DNA of 64,000 bases, taken from the NCBI RefSeq assembly GCF_001194135.2, contig NC_069000.1:8533532-8597531 (forward strand). Direction: 5' to 3'. Numbering within the stretch: the first letter of the stretch is position 1; the number at the start of each line of letters is the position of its first letter. Positions 13,356-27,129 of this stretch are shown here, piece by piece. A program made the position numbers and the translations under genes. The notes below the pieces were generated by a model. That model saw only the letters and a list, made by a program, of their open reading frames with translations, was not told the origin of the DNA and did not search any database. Source of the stretch: Octopus bimaculoides. Lineage: Eukaryota.

Positions 13356-13357
<2 letters not shown>

Positions 13358-13490
13358 GCGCAGATGTGGCTGCATGGTAAGAAGCTTGTTTCTCAACCAC
13401 ATGGTTCGGGTTCAGTCCCACTGCGTGGTACCTTGGGCAAGTGCCTTCTGCTATAGTCTCGGGGGCTGGCTAAAGCAGCCCGTCGTGTAG
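13356..13490 (+). mobile_element. SINE family A head (tRNA-derived, CORE-like)
   Basis: A box tggctgcatggt, B box ggttcagtccc, then gtaccttgggcaagtgcctt resembling the CORE domain. Confidence 0.85.
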
Positions 13491-14605
13491 CTTAGTTTTT
13501 TTTTTCTTCTTAGGACTGGCCAGATTGGAGCAATCTCGAGTATAATCAGCCGAAATTGCGAAGATAATCTGGAACTCGACTGAGGAAAGAAAACTCCGAA
13601 TGACCCGTCCTTGTTTTCTTTGTATCGTGTATCTGGATGTTTTGTTGTCCCATTTTTGTATCACCTAACTGTCCGGATGTTTTGCGTTCTTGTCCCATTT
13701 TGTTTATATATATATATGCAAGATGAACATACAAGAAATTTCCTATTTGAATTTTTTCAGACAGATAATCAAATAATACAAATTTTACATTTGGATGATT
13801 GGGAGAAAGAATAAAGAAGCAAACCAAGTAGCTAATTAGATTTTACTCTATCTATAATACATGTATATGCTACCCTACTGAATAAAGTCGGAAATTATCT
13901 AGAGCACCCGAAATCATAACTTCTTTGGATGTATGGTCTAAGCGTAGATTGCAAATGTGGTAAGAAAAAAAAAAATACCGCAAGAGGCGGGTGAAGCGTA
14001 AGTTTTTAGTTTTAAATTTTTATATCGAAAATTGTTTCAGATTTATGTTACGCACGTCTTTGAAGAATCATGAATCTCAGACGAGAAAAAATTTTAAAAG
14101 AAAGTCGAGACTGAGAGAAATTCTTCATTTTATTTTATCGTATTTATTTAGTTTTACAGGATCGTAATTTGAGACGATTTAAAACCCACAACCAAAGAAA
14201 GTACAGTTTGGGGCGAATTAAATCATTTCCGACTCTATTCTACAGGAATGCATATATCTCGAAGTTGACAGTCTGTTCCGAGTTGTGTGGGGGTGAGGGT
14301 ACGCGCGAGTAGGTGCGTGCGTGTGTTATTTAATAACAGTTTGACTCAGCCCACAAAATTTTAAGTTGCATGAAACCGAATCAAACTTATTAAATATGGA
14401 ACTTCTACCACACGTGTTGAGTACCATTTTCTTTCGTTTGTCCACTCTCATATGTGCGTATGTATCCATACATTGATGCATTCAACTACATTAATTTAAA
14501 AACACTACACATGCATATATATATATATATACATGTATATATATTATATTTTACGCCTATTAATCGAAATGAAATTTAGCATATATATATATATATTATA
14601 CATAC

Positions 14606-14760
14606 GACAGCATCCATCATCAACAGTAGACAGAATTTTCCCTCGTTTTACAAATAACAACAGCACCTCCATGTCGTCTGAAGACTTCATTACGCTTTCT
14701 TAGGAAACAAAAGGTTCCGCGCTTGAATCTCGTCGGGGGAGACTAAATATGTACACGATC
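14606..14760 (-). other. Possible internal exon (155 bp) on the minus strand
   Basis: Pyrimidine-rich tract ending ttttattccAG| at 14761/14760 and donor |GTATGT at 14605. All frames read from the exon start hit stops, but an internal ATG gives MKSSDDMEVLLLFVNEGKFCLLLMMDAV up to the donor. Confidence 0.15.
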
Positions 14761-15250
14761 CTGGAATAAAACCACCAGATGACGATAGAAAAGTAGAAGA
14801 AATATAAAGAGTGAAAGATGTTAATGATACAAAAATTGAGGGAGTCTTTCGTTAATAAGTTGCCTTGATTGATTTTGCAACCGAAATGGTGTTTCATACA
14901 AAGATCCCGACATACTGTGATGTGTGAATAGATATATACTCATGAACTTATAAATGGACGGCCATCAATGTATACACTCAAGAGCTAACCGGCCAAAGCA
15001 GGTTCCAAGCCATAACAACCGGTATAGGCTACAACCAATAGTAACGCTATCAACACCACCACCACCATTATCACCATCCTCCTTATCATCATCCTAATTA
15101 ATCATTAGCACTAAATCATTAGCACTAAATCATTATATCCGATTTCATACATACATACACCCAGCCCAGCACATTACAATGATCATCACCTCATTCACGA
15201 TAGCATATTTATATATGTGTATGTATACGTGTGAATGTATGTATGTATGT

Positions 15251-15331
<81 letters not shown>

Positions 15332-15361
15332 CTCATATATGCACACACACGTTTTTTTAAA

Positions 15362-15850
15362 TTCTTTTACTTGTTTCAATCATTTGACCGAGGCCATGCT
15401 GAAGCACCACTTTGAAGGGTTTTTAGTAGAAGAAATCGATCCTAGGACTTCTCATTTTCTAAGCCTAGTACTTATTCTATCTTTTACTTGTTTCAGTCAT
15501 TTACCTATGGCCATGCTGGAACAACCGCCTTTAGTCGAACAAGTCGACCACCGGACTTATTCTTTGTAAGCCTTGTGCTTGTTCTATCAGTCTCTTTTGC
15601 CGAACCGCTAAGTTACGGGGACATAAACACACCGACATCGGTTGTCAAGCGGCAGTGGGAGGGGGGCAAACACAGACACACAAACATATAGATATATATA
15701 TATATAAGACGGGCTTCTTTCAGTTTCCGTCTACCAAATCCACTCACAAGACTGGTCGGCCCGAAGCTATAAGGTGTCACGCAGTAGGACTGAACCCGGA
15801 ACCAGGTGGTTGGGAAGCAAGCTACTCACCACACAGCCACAACTGCGCCT
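15362..15850 (-). mobile_element. SINE family A with duplicated 3' tail
   Basis: Head at 15706-15850, internal (AT)n, and two consecutive tail segments each beginning cttttacttgtttca (at 15363 and 15481). Confidence 0.85.
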
Positions 15851-15892
15851 ATATANNNNNNNNNNNNNNNNNNNNNNNNNNNNNNNNNNNNN

Positions 15893-15941
<49 letters not shown>

Positions 15942-17984
15942 CATATATATAAACAGAAGTACAGAGATGCAGGCATGCCTGGGGGTAATCTCTACGCTGA
16001 GGCTCGACCTACAAGTAATAGTAACTAAAACTTCTTTGAATCACTCACTCCTCACCTTAGCAGACGACAAATTGAGCAATGTAACCCTAAATTCCCCACA
16101 CAGAGGAAAAGGGGCAGTAGGATGACGGCTGGAACGCGTTTTATCAGTTTTAGTCGATTCGGGCAACAGTAAACAACAAGAGAATATACACACGCCAGAA
16201 AAAAGAAAAAGGATGGAGGGAGAACCGGAGAGACAGACAGGGCAACCACCCAAACACAGCCACAGCAATCATCTCGCATTCACACACAGCAACGGTCACA
16301 ATTATACAAGGACGCATGCGCACATATACATACACACTCACAGCAAGAAGTACATCCAGATCAACAACTACAGACAGACACACACACAGAGAAAGAAACA
16401 AAGCAATAAACACATACACCTTAACAACAACACAGGGAGAGAAAGCGAGAGAGAGGGAGAGAGAAGTTACCAACAATTACATACGTTCATACACAGTAAC
16501 AAATGCATATAGATCAATTGTACACGCATATACATTCACTACACACAACTATGACATCACTGCTATTCTAAGCGTTAATATATTTTAACTATTTCGCTCT
16601 ACTTACAACTATCTCTCTCTCTCTCTCTCTCTCTCTCCTTAGACCACATCTGTCATAACAAAGGACGTATTATTCAAATGCGTTGCGAAGTACATATTCT
16701 TGAAATAAAACGTCACAGTCAGATCGCCCTTTAACGTAAACGCACCCGATCAGCACCGACCTGGGATTTGAACAGCAGAAGCTAAAACTAAAAAGCTATA
16801 ACAATGGATTTTTGTGAATATTATGTGTATACATCTATATTCTTGGATATGACTAAACTATATTTGGCAGTGGGTATCTGGTTCGGGATTTCCAAGGTTT
16901 CAAGGGGGTGTGGAAGCACCTCTTACATACTATTGTTCCCAGGTCTATTCTGACCTTTCAGGGTCCCCGATTAGGGCTAATTAGCATATCATGAAATTTC
17001 CAAGGGAAGGTCACTCACAATCACCCCATCAGATTTCGAGCAGATGAGGGGGGGGGGGGCTCAGCTCTTTGGTTATTTATCTAAGAGAAGGTAAACTAAT
17101 GCACAATCCTTCATCCTGGTAACAAATGGCCTCGTGGCACTTGTTGAACCAGACCAATACAAGCTTGAAGGACGAGAGAGTGGAGCTGGTTCTGCACAAA
17201 CCCTGCCCACTACGATAATACTCGCTGTGCAGGTTGTTCACCACTCCAAGACATTAGCACCGACATCAATACATTTTCTTCATATGTCCAGTGGCGATAG
17301 GGAAAGAGACGACAGTGACACGATGCATAGAGCGCTACTTGAAGGTTTCAGCTTTGACCCAGCACATAAGCGACCAGTAAGTAGGTGGATAAGAATGTAA
17401 GGACCATACTAGAAAGAGATATGGACGAAATTTTGAAATCGTGGAAAATACTGAGAGCTAGGTCAGTATTTAATGCAAGATAGTCCTCGCATCGCACAAC
17501 TGTACATGACAGGGCTAAAGAGTTGTTTGAGAAACCAAAGACACATTAAGACTGATTTTGTTGCGAGGATATAACTCTTGTTTTCCTGTTAGAGCAATGA
17601 TACCAAGGTCAGTCAAACTATCTCCTGGCTCCCAACATTTAATCAAGTTCTGTTATATTCAGAGAAACCAAGAGGAAGAAAGGTGGGTGGTGGGGCAACA
17701 GTATATCTGCAACAAAATGAAGCTGAAGTAGTAGAAAAAAAACAAAGAAACAAAGCGATCGAGTTGCAAACCTTCGCCGATTTCAATTGGTTGTAACCAG
17801 GACAACCTCAAGGAGAAAGGCGCAAAGAGTGAACAGGATTGTGCCAGAAATGTGGTTAACAAAAGAAAAAAAAGGAAGGACACAGGCTCATTAAAACATT
17901 TATGTAAAGCGATGCAGGAACCATAGGAGGCTGGTGATATCCCTCAAGACAAAAAAGATGCTGGGATTGTCTCTATACTATATA

Positions 17985-18355
17985 GGTTTAAAAGCTCGCT
18001 TTGCAATCACGAGGCTTTGAGTTCTGTCCCACTTCGTGACACCTTGGGCAAGTGTCTTCTACTATAGCCCCGAGCCGATCAATGCCTTGAGAGTGAATTT
18101 GGTACGGAAACTGTGTGGAAGCCTGTCATAGATGTATATGCGTGTGTGTCTTTCTGTTTGCGTTTATCCCACACGCCTCGCGTTTGACAACCGTTGTTGG
18201 TTAGCTTACGCCCCTGAAACTTAGTGGCTCGGCAAAAGTGATCGAAAATTACTAGATTTAAAAGAGCTGGGGCAGATTTGTTCGACTAAAAGCCTTCAAG
18301 GTGGTGCTCCAGCATGGTCGCAGTTTGGTGACTGAAACAAGTGAAAGATAAAGAG
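17985..18355 (+). mobile_element. SINE family A (degenerate, near full length) inserted in the RTE LINE
   Basis: gtgacaccttgggcaagtgtcttctactatagcccc ... gttcgactaaaagccttcaaggtggtgctccagcatggtcgcag...gactgaaacaagtgaaag. Confidence 0.85.
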
Positions 18356-18386
18356 TAACCAAGAAAGAGTGATAGAAATGAATGCG

Positions 18387-18530
18387 GGCGGTCGACTTTG
18401 CCTTTCATCCTTTCGGGGTCGATTAATTAAGTACCAGTTACGCACTGGGGTCGATGTAATCGACTTAATCCCTTTGTCTGTCATTGTTTGTCACCTTTAT
18501 GCTTAGCCCCTTGTGGGCAATAAAGAAATA
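18387..18530 (+). mobile_element. 5'-truncated SINE family B long-tail copy with 13-bp TSD
   Basis: agaaatgaatgcg at 18374-18386 and 18531-18543. Tail ccccttgtgggcaataaagaaata. Confidence 0.9.
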
Positions 18531-19835
18531 AGAAATGAATGCGAGAACTGTGGAGGGATTTATGTACTTGATAAGGTCGAGAAGGCGTTTGCAAATCTGT
18601 TACGCAACAAACTGAATGAAAAAGAACCTCAGTAGTTCTACTCGAAATTCAATGTCAGTTCAAAAGAGAAAGAAGCAACATAGCTGTGCTGTTCTGCCTT
18701 CAACAAATCCAAGAAAACGTGTAGAATAGAACAAAGTATTGTATTCAGTCCTAGTTGAGACAAAAAAGGCGGTGGATGCAGTATGTTAGTTGAGACAGTG
18801 ACAAAAGGTCTGGACATCTGAGAAAGATCACTCGTATGACAGCCATTACACATGTACACTGCAGTTCAGGTCACGTGAATTAACTCAAGCTTTGTATAGT
18901 TTGATGTAGCATTGGGAGTCAAACAGTAATGTATGCTAGTACCAATGTTATTGCTACCCCAACAGTGTTGCTCTACGAGGCATTCCACAGCGCATCTGAA
19001 AGTGTATGCACAGAGACAAGAAACGAGGCGAATCTAGGGAGTTGCACTTCAGAATTATGACACAAGAACATAAAAATATTATTTGCTGATGATTACATTC
19101 CTGTCTTGCATAGTGTGGAGGATATGCAGAACTTAGTGGATGCTTTTTACAGTACAAAGTTTGGCTTTTAGCATCCACATTCTGAGGTTTTGTAACAGTC
19201 AAGTACCGATTCGATCCGAGTGTTACCAACTCGGTCCATCATTTTCGAAGGACAGGCGCTGGTAGAGGTAATCCACTTTACCTATCTAGACAGTAAAATT
19301 TCTAATAAGGGGTACACCAAACACTGCTTGGAGCACTTATCTACTTAGGCAATACAATTTACAATGATCTGGTTATAGTAAAGCCAGCTCGGATTTATAA
19401 TGCTCTGATTATAGTAAAGCCAGCTCGGATTTCAAAAGGTTCAGAAAGAGTGACTATTAAACAAGCACGTGTAGAGTCCAAGCGAACTGCAATGTACTAT
19501 TCAGCACATTATAAGAATAGGATACGTGGATTATATATCGCCAACTGGTAACAACAGCTACAATAAAAAAAAATTACGGCTTTCAATAAGATACCTGAGA
19601 CAGATCAAGAACATTACATGAAAAGACAAAATGAGCAATATGTACACGTGAAAGAAAACCAAGCTCCTTGGTATGGAAGAGATTATTGGTGCAACGACAC
19701 GTCCGCTAACTTGGAGACGTCCAAAAACTGCCAAAACCTCGACTATCTTGACAAGCACTATTCTTAGTTGTCGAGTGGTCCGAGAACGCAATGCAGAAGG
19801 CACCTAGCTCCCTACGCATCGGCCGAGATTCAAGC

Positions 19836-20212
19836 GTCCACTATCGCATATTCTATCACCTGTCAACAAGCGCAAATTCGATCTACTGTCCACAAGCGCA
19901 ATGTATAGTGGTGTAAATTTGGTCAACTGTCCACTAACGCAAATTTGATCAACTGCCCACTAGCGCAAATTCAATTGATTGAACTTGCTCAAGTATATAA
20001 TTAATTGAATTTGCACAAGTGGAGAGTAAGTCGAATTGGTTCAGAAATACACTTGATCGGATTTGCTCAATTAGACATTTGATCGGATCTGCGCTGAAGG
20101 TGATCTGATTGAATAAGTTCTAATGGATAATTGATTGAATTTATTTACGTAGACACGTGAACAAATTTATGCTAGTGGACAGTTGATCGAATTTGCGCTT
20201 GTGGACAGTTGA
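19836..20212. mobile_element. Foldback-like element built from 26-bp subterminal repeats
   Basis: Unit gtccacwagcgcaaattcgatcaact in about 5 direct copies (19836-19976) and about 1.5-2 inverted copies (20164-20210). Confidence 0.7.
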
Positions 20213-21134
20213 ATCAGGACAGAAATCAGTAAAGGAGAACAATTCACATCTGCACTTTCCTGGTCACTTTCTGTCCTTCGATCACTTGAAAGATGGTGTT
20301 TGAAATGGTGAAAGAAATGTTGTGTTAAACTCAAACTAATATTTTTACTTTTAATGAGCTGACACAAGACTCGCAATTATTTAAAACTAGAAACAGGTAA
20401 TGATATAAGTTAATTGTTTTACTAAATACTAAACGCCCACCAACCATCACACACAGGCATACAACAATTCCTGATCACTTTGAAAATTAATTTGTAACGG
20501 CAAAGGTGTTGTGTATTCCATTGGAAATACGGTCACGAGCGGGAGTTAGAACTGCTGAAAGGCAGGGTAGGGGTTTCAGTACACATGCAACCTCTGAGCT
20601 CAGAGAAGAGGCGACCGCGGTGAGTAAACGTTGACAAGAAGCAGGACACAGCTTGGAAGTGGGCCAAACGTTCTCGAATGTCAACGACTGAACAGATCGT
20701 GGTTGGTGAGTGCGATGGTGGCAGCGATGACGAAGGTGGTGTTAGGGGTAACAGGGGGAGAGAGAATGGTGCCCAGGCTATGTGCTTGTGCCTGATGCAT
20801 GTCCCATCACATGGCATTCAATAATATCAGCTGACATCACTATTTTTGCACCGGAACATGTCAAAACTGCAAAGTAGACTAAAATTTATATATATATTTT
20901 TTTTATTTTTAATCTATTATTAGATAAGACAATAAAGTAGAAAAGATAGCATTTGTATGTGAAGCGTGGGGTGGGATAGGGTAAGTGTACCCGTGTCTGT
21001 CTCTGTGTGTGTCTATATACACACACGAGTAAGAACATATACATTTGTATGTGACCAGAGAGTATATATTAAACACACACAAAGAGCATATGCTAGAAAG
21101 AATTAGTGAAGTCAGTACTTGTCTGAAGTCCTAA

Positions 21135-21289
21135 GACTAACTACAACTTAGAGCCCCGGGACTAACTACAACTTAAGAGCCCCAGGACTAACTACAGCTT
21201 AAGAGCCCCGGGACTAACTACAACTTAAGAGCCCCAGGACTAACTACAGCTTAAGAGCCCCGGGACTAACTACAGCTTAACAGCCCCAG
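21135..21289. repeat. Minisatellite, 6 x 26 bp
   Basis: gactaactaca(a/g)cttaagagcccc(g/a)g x6, contiguous with no spacers. The first copy is 25 bp. Confidence 0.95.
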
Positions 21290-22552
21290 ACAGGTCAGCA
21301 ATTTGGAGGGAGTGGGAAACTGATAGATTACATCAACTCTAATACAAGAGTGGAACCTTATTTTATCGATTTCTGAGGGACAATAAGCAAAGTTGAGATT
21401 TGATTATTTTTTTAAGGTCAAATGACTACAGAAGCTTCCACTATCGTGACACATTTCGGTTTAAAAAAAAAAAAGAGAAATTTTGAAATATTTTATTGTT
21501 TCCTGTGACATTTCTAACATTCTAGCGTGGCACACTGCCTTGTGATTGTGCTATCGTTCATGATGGATTATATCGTGTTTTATCATTCCTTGTGTCATTA
21601 TTCATTATGGATCATATAAAGTAGGACCAGGTTATATCTGATTGCCCAGAGATAACGTATTTATTTTGCTTATGTCATAAAAATACATGACAAATGCAGG
21701 TTTCAAGTCGGCACTGGAATAGGGAAAAAACTGGATAGCTTTAGTTAAAAAAAGAAAAATGGCAACGTCTGACAGCTTAAATAATAATGTAACAAAGATC
21801 GGAATCAGAGTTAGAGGAGAACAAATCATCAGTATAAAATGTTACCTTCGCACACACACAAAGTTTTAAATTGCCCCCTCTCATCCTTTATCCCTGTGAT
21901 AACAGAAAGAAAAAGAAATCATCACCATCGTTATGATTAACCCTTTTGATACCAAGCTGCCCTGGTTCTATGAAAGAAGCTTGCTGTCCTTTCCATCAAT
22001 ATTTTATGTTAATTTATATCTCAAACACCAGCTTAATATGGACAGAGTTATTTTATTAAGTTCTACATTATTTTCAAAATTAATTGAAACAATGGCAGTT
22101 ATATTTCAACAGAAATATGGTAACAAAAGGGTTAAAAAGGCGGCGAGGCGAGGTGAACTGTTAGAGCGTCGGAAAAGTACCTCGCGGTATTACTTCCGGC
22201 TCTTTACGTTCGGAGTTTAACAACAGTCGAGATTACTTCGCCGGCAATCTCTCCAAGGTCGATTGAAAAAAAAGGTAGATTCAAGGCGATAGAATGGCGG
22301 AACAGTCAGAATGTCGGGCAAAGTGCCTTGTGGTATCTGTTCTGGCCCTTTTGCGTTCCGATGGCAACGACTGCGACAGCGCTGGTGCCTAGCAGTATCG
22401 GCTCAAGTTAGTGGTCTTTCTCTTGGATAACATCGACGGGAGACTTGCACGCCAGTCTTCCGCAAAAAAGACCTTACCCGGGCTTGCGTGTCCATGGGCA
22501 AATGCACAGCCATAGTTGACCGATGGCGGTCACACACACACTGAACTTTAAA

Positions 22553-22605
22553 CTTCACCTGGTGGCTTATTCAACCAGTCTGGTTAAATAAGCCACCAGC
22601 TGAAG
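22553..22605. repeat. Near-perfect 53-bp palindrome
   Basis: cttcacctggtggcttattcaaccag-t-ctggttaaataagccaccagctgaag, with 2 mismatched pairs plus the central base. Confidence 0.9.
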
Positions 22606-23971
22606 GCTAAAGTACCAATCAAACCAATTTTAAGACAAATCTTACTCTATTTTCAGTAATGAATGAGTGTAGGAGTGCGTGTGCGCGCACGCGCGTGGTG
22701 ATGTTGCGGTATTAGTAAAATTTCGTCAGTCATGATTGAATGTGTGCGAGTGTATGCTTTGACTTCAGCTCTGTCAAGCAGATGGAAAACAATGTCGCAC
22801 ACTCACTCATGACATCATAGACTTTTACCGAAAGACTGTCGTGTGTGTGTGTATGTGTTGTGAATTTGATGTGTTAAATGTGTACATATGTCTCTGTAAT
22901 AAATGTATTCGGTAAAACATACCGCACCTTTCCGCACCAGAATATTAATTAAAACATACTGGTGTGATTGAATCAATTAATCGCATCGTGGAATAGACGA
23001 GATGAAAGACCGGCGTAAACAATTCGAACGCAGTTCTTTACGAATGATTCATGGAGCAAAAAACTCAGTTTAAGGACAATATAGGCATAACTCAACTTAC
23101 ATCGTTCAGAAGGATCCTCATAACCCCGATGTTTAAAAAAATCCTATAGTATTTTTATATTTCATGGGCTCGGTTTCCCGGTTTCTATGGCGCATGTCCC
23201 CCACCAACACCACCACCACCACCACCACCACCAGTCTCTTATGATTCTTTGTATTTCTTTTAACTGGTTTCTGTCCTAGTTTTTGCCACTTTTACCAATC
23301 TTTTTTCCATTCAACATTTCAGACAATATTATCTCAAGTGATAACAGAAAAAAAAAAAAAGAAAAGAAAAAAAAGAAAAAGTGCTATCATTATTTGATAT
23401 TCGAGAATGGTTGTAGCAGTACCTTTCCATTTGACTTGTTTCAGCCATTGGACTGCGGCCATGCTGGGGCTCCGCTTTGAAGAATTTTAGTCGAACACAG
23501 CTTAAGGGTTTCATTCGAAATTGTCGTACTGGCAGAAGTGACAGCTTTGCTCAATTAAATTAGACCACTTCAACATTACTATTTCAACCCCCATCTCAGT
23601 GAGAGAGAAGGGCGATAAAATGTCAACAGCTGAAGTTGGTCCCATTGGGCTACACTTTTCCGCCAAAATTAGAGCTATTGTGCGCATGCTTTCAAATAAT
23701 CAAGCAAAAATTTCGAAAGGCTTAGTATTTATTGTATATTAAATATTGGTTCCAAATTTTGGCACAAGGCCAGTAAATTAAGAGGAGGGATAAGTCGATT
23801 CATCGACTCCAGTGATCAATTGGTGTATTTATTTTTATAACTGTATGCATATATGTACACACGAAAGGATGAAAGGCAAAGTCGACCTCGGCGAAATTTG
23901 AACTCTGAACGTAAAGTCGAACGTTTTGTCATCTCGCCACCTTAATACTGGTTTCAAATTTTCGCACAAGG

Positions 23972-24011
<40 letters not shown>

Positions 24012-24406
24012 TGTGTGTCTGTGCTTGTCTCCTCAACATCGCTTGACAACCGATACTGGTATGTTTACGTCACCGTAACCTAGCGGTTCGGCAAAAGAGA
24101 CCTATAGAATAAGTAATACATACACAAAGAACAAGTCCTGGGGTCGAATTGCTCCACTAAAGGCGGTGCTCCAGCATGGCAGTAGTCAAATGACTTAAAC
24201 AAATAAAATAAAAGAAAATGAATATGGCAACAAGTTAGATAACAGACAAAAATCGTAAGTAATCAATAACAAAAATTATCAACCGTCAAATGAGGCTGAT
24301 TTTATTTGTTTAGTTAGTTAGTTATCAAACCGGATGTTTTCACAATGAAACATATTTTACGACACAAGACAAACAAAGCAATACATAACATACACCGTCA
24401 CAGGTA

Positions 24407-24914
24407 CCGTAAATCCTCGAGTATAATCCGCATTTTTCCCCCCAAATTTAAAGGTCAAAATCCCTAGTGCGTACTATATATGGGGTTAAAAATGAAAAAT
24501 ACTTTCTAAGCAATGTCCGAGTCTCTATTTACTGTCCGGCAATGTTTATTCAGACACATTTTGTGATGTCGGGTGCGCAAATACCTTAAGCTAAGCCTGA
24601 AAGCAATAAAGTCATAAAAGAATCATCAATAACTTGCAGTAAGCAACATTTATTAAAATAAATAAGTTCATCCTGCTGTTTGTATTGGCAGTTTGCATCA
24701 TTACCGTGATGTTGTATATCGTCTGCACTGGATGGTACTCAGGATGACGTTGTATGGAAAGATGAAATAAATGAAAGTGAATCTTCTGATGTTGACTTTG
24801 AATCAGATGATGACGGAAATTTACACTAGAATGTTTAGGTTTTTCAGATGTACAGCCCCCTAAAAATCCCCTGCGTATTATACTCAAGGGCAGACTATAC
24901 TCAAAGATTTACGG
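24407..24914. mobile_element. Tc1/mariner-superfamily (pogo-like) non-autonomous element with TA TSD
   Basis: TA|ccgtaaatcctcgagtataatccgc ... gcagactatactcaaagatttacgg|TA. Internal acidic-coding relic (ESESSDVDFESDDD, about 24772-24815). Confidence 0.8.
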
Positions 24915-25149
24915 TACATACACAATGATAATATTTTACTTTCTCTTTCAACTGGTCGCAGTTATTTTCACTTTGTCCGCCATATTAAAAGCACAAAGTA
25001 AGAAAGACAGTCCGTAAGCTAATGACACGAGGTTTTTACAAATATGAACGTGAACATTTTAACTTAAGAGTCTTTGTACCAGAGAACCAGAGACCCTGTC
25101 CTCAGCCGGGTTGGAATCAAAACGACTACACGGGGTCAATGTAATAGAC

Positions 25150-25580
25150 CAGTGGTTCTCAACCGGGATCCATATAGGGGGTGCATGGAAGCAAAATAGT
25201 AAATTGGGGACGTACAGTAGTATAATAAGGGCCAATGGAAACATTTTGGTTTAGCTGTATTTATTACAAGAAACAGCAAGATTCCTTCTCTAACATTTTA
25301 TACAGTTTAATCTACACAAGTTAATGTGTGAATTGCAAAACAGGAATTTTGAAAGAACTAGTTCTTAAAACATCGAATGGCTACAAGGGCGGACACAGGA
25401 AAAGAAGTGCACCCTTCTAAATAATGTTATTACGCCCTTTTCTCCTGGAATTGAATTCCTTTCTGACTTTGTGCCTTGTGCCCTCCCTTCGAAAAATTCC
25501 TGTGAGTGCGCCTGGCCTATGGTGGGCCGGAGGGGTGGGGGGACACTAATATAGAATAGTAGTCAAAGAGGTCCATAGAT
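25150..25580 (+). mobile_element. hAT-like MITE fragment containing a second small TIR element (about 25384-25514)
   Basis: Starts cagtggttctcaacc, a typical hAT terminus. The other end is not found. Inner imperfect inverted termini caagggcggacacagga / tcctgtgagtgcgcctg. Confidence 0.5.
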
Positions 25581-27129
25581 AACCTCTGTAATAAACTAAA
25601 CTCTCCTAAAATTGCTGGCCTTGAGCCAAAAGTTAAAATCATTTTTATTGGTGCGAGTTGGCAGAATCATAAGAGCATCGGACCGTCTCCGTTCCGAGTC
25701 CAGATCCCATCGAAATCAACTTTGCTATTTCATATCCCTCTGGAACTCGCCTTGTGCCAAAAATTGGAAACAAAAGGCAGCGGGCTGGCAGAATCGTTAG
25801 CATATAGGAGAAAGTGCATTCGAGGGCGGACTGCCTGTTATTTCTAGCAGGTTGAACGACCGTACAGAGGTCTCTTGCGCAGGAAGCCAGTTTATTTGTT
25901 TATTTATTTAGCAAACTTATTGTAGCTCAAGCCACGCTGGAGCACCGCTGTCGTGACGTAAAAGATAATAGACGCACTCGATAGTGCTATATTCAAATAA
26001 ATGCTTTCACAAGCATAAACACACACACACACACACACACAGAAAGAGAGATATCCTCACATATCAAGAGAGAGAGATACACATTGCTAAAGAGAAACAC
26101 GTGTACATACACATAGGCGCACAGACAAAAAGTCTCTCACACACTAACATTAGATAGGCATAAGGCATACACACAGACAAACAAGAGTATGAACAGAGAC
26201 ATACACATAATAGGCACACAATGGAAATTCAGTCAGACTGACTGGTGTGCACGTGTTTAGGCACACGTATTTCTTTTGGCCTTCTCTCTCACTCACACTC
26301 TTTTAGGCAGAAATACACAACACATTGCTGGAAACTAGCCGGCACAAAGCATTTGTCAATGTTATAAATATATACGTCTCTCTGACTTGACAAACACACA
26401 TAAATACACGGATAGATGGCTCGTCAGATAGATAGCAAGATAGATAGACGGATGGATGGGTCGAAGGACGAGTGGATGGCTGCAAGGCTCGAAGAATGGA
26501 TGGCCGGCTAGCTCGAAGGACGATAGATGGACGAAAGGCTCGATAGATAGCTAGATGGGTGGCTAGGCTCGATAGATGGTGGGTAGGTGGCTGGCTGGCT
26601 GGATAACTCGGCATAATTATTTGTTTAGCTGGCTAAACAGATGTCCAAATGAAGAAAGGGAGGTATCAGAAAAAAATCAAGAAGCGTGAGATGAAATACG
26701 TGTAGAACGTGAAGACACGTAGCTTAGTGGTTAGGCAACTGGGCTCTCAATCATAAGATGTTGGGTACGATTCACGGCCAAGGTGGAATGGTGTGTCCTT
26801 GGGTAAAGCACTTTATTTTGCTTAACCAAAAGGGGGACAGACAGCGACTGGTAAGTGCCAATTTAGTATGTTAGCGGCGTAAACGAATCAGTTGTAAGGT
26901 TGAAAATCTACAGGTTGTGGACCCACAGCGGGTATGTAGTCTCGTTTGGCGTTCTTTTGGTTTGACCACAAAATAAAGTGGAAAATTATATCAGGCAATC
27001 TGCATTAAAAATAGAGAAAAACTTAAATTTTGGAATAAATCTTTTCTTTCTTTTTCAGGATTGATAACTCCGTATTTTTTAACGTAGAGTTTTTTTAATA
27101 AACAAAATCGGAAAATGTTTTAAAAAAAA

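Larger units (their letters stand above)
17090..19800 (+). mobile_element. Heavily decayed RTE-clade LINE ORF (endonuclease end to RT), interrupted by SINEs
   Basis: Frameshifted motifs: SWHLL (about 17135); EAGDIPQDKKDAGIVSI (about 17925); QIQE..NKVLYSVLVETKKAVDAV (about 18710-18785); ILFADDY..LHSVEDMQNLVDAF (about 19078); GQALVEVIHFTYLDSKIS (about 19250); YLRQIKNIT (about 19590). Confidence 0.8.

Noticed and set aside
13570-13615. Hammerhead-like CUGAGGA...GAAU in a repeat at about 13500-13710
   Set aside because: No stem II that leaves the core free, GAAU instead of GAAA, and no consistent stem I or III.
20487-20817. GC-richer island with a HERELELLK gag-like peptide
   Set aside because: In-frame stop, and no LTR, PBS or further gag/pol motifs.
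21135-21289. CRISPR-like array
   Set aside because: Repeats are contiguous with no unique spacers, there are no cas genes, and the context is eukaryotic.
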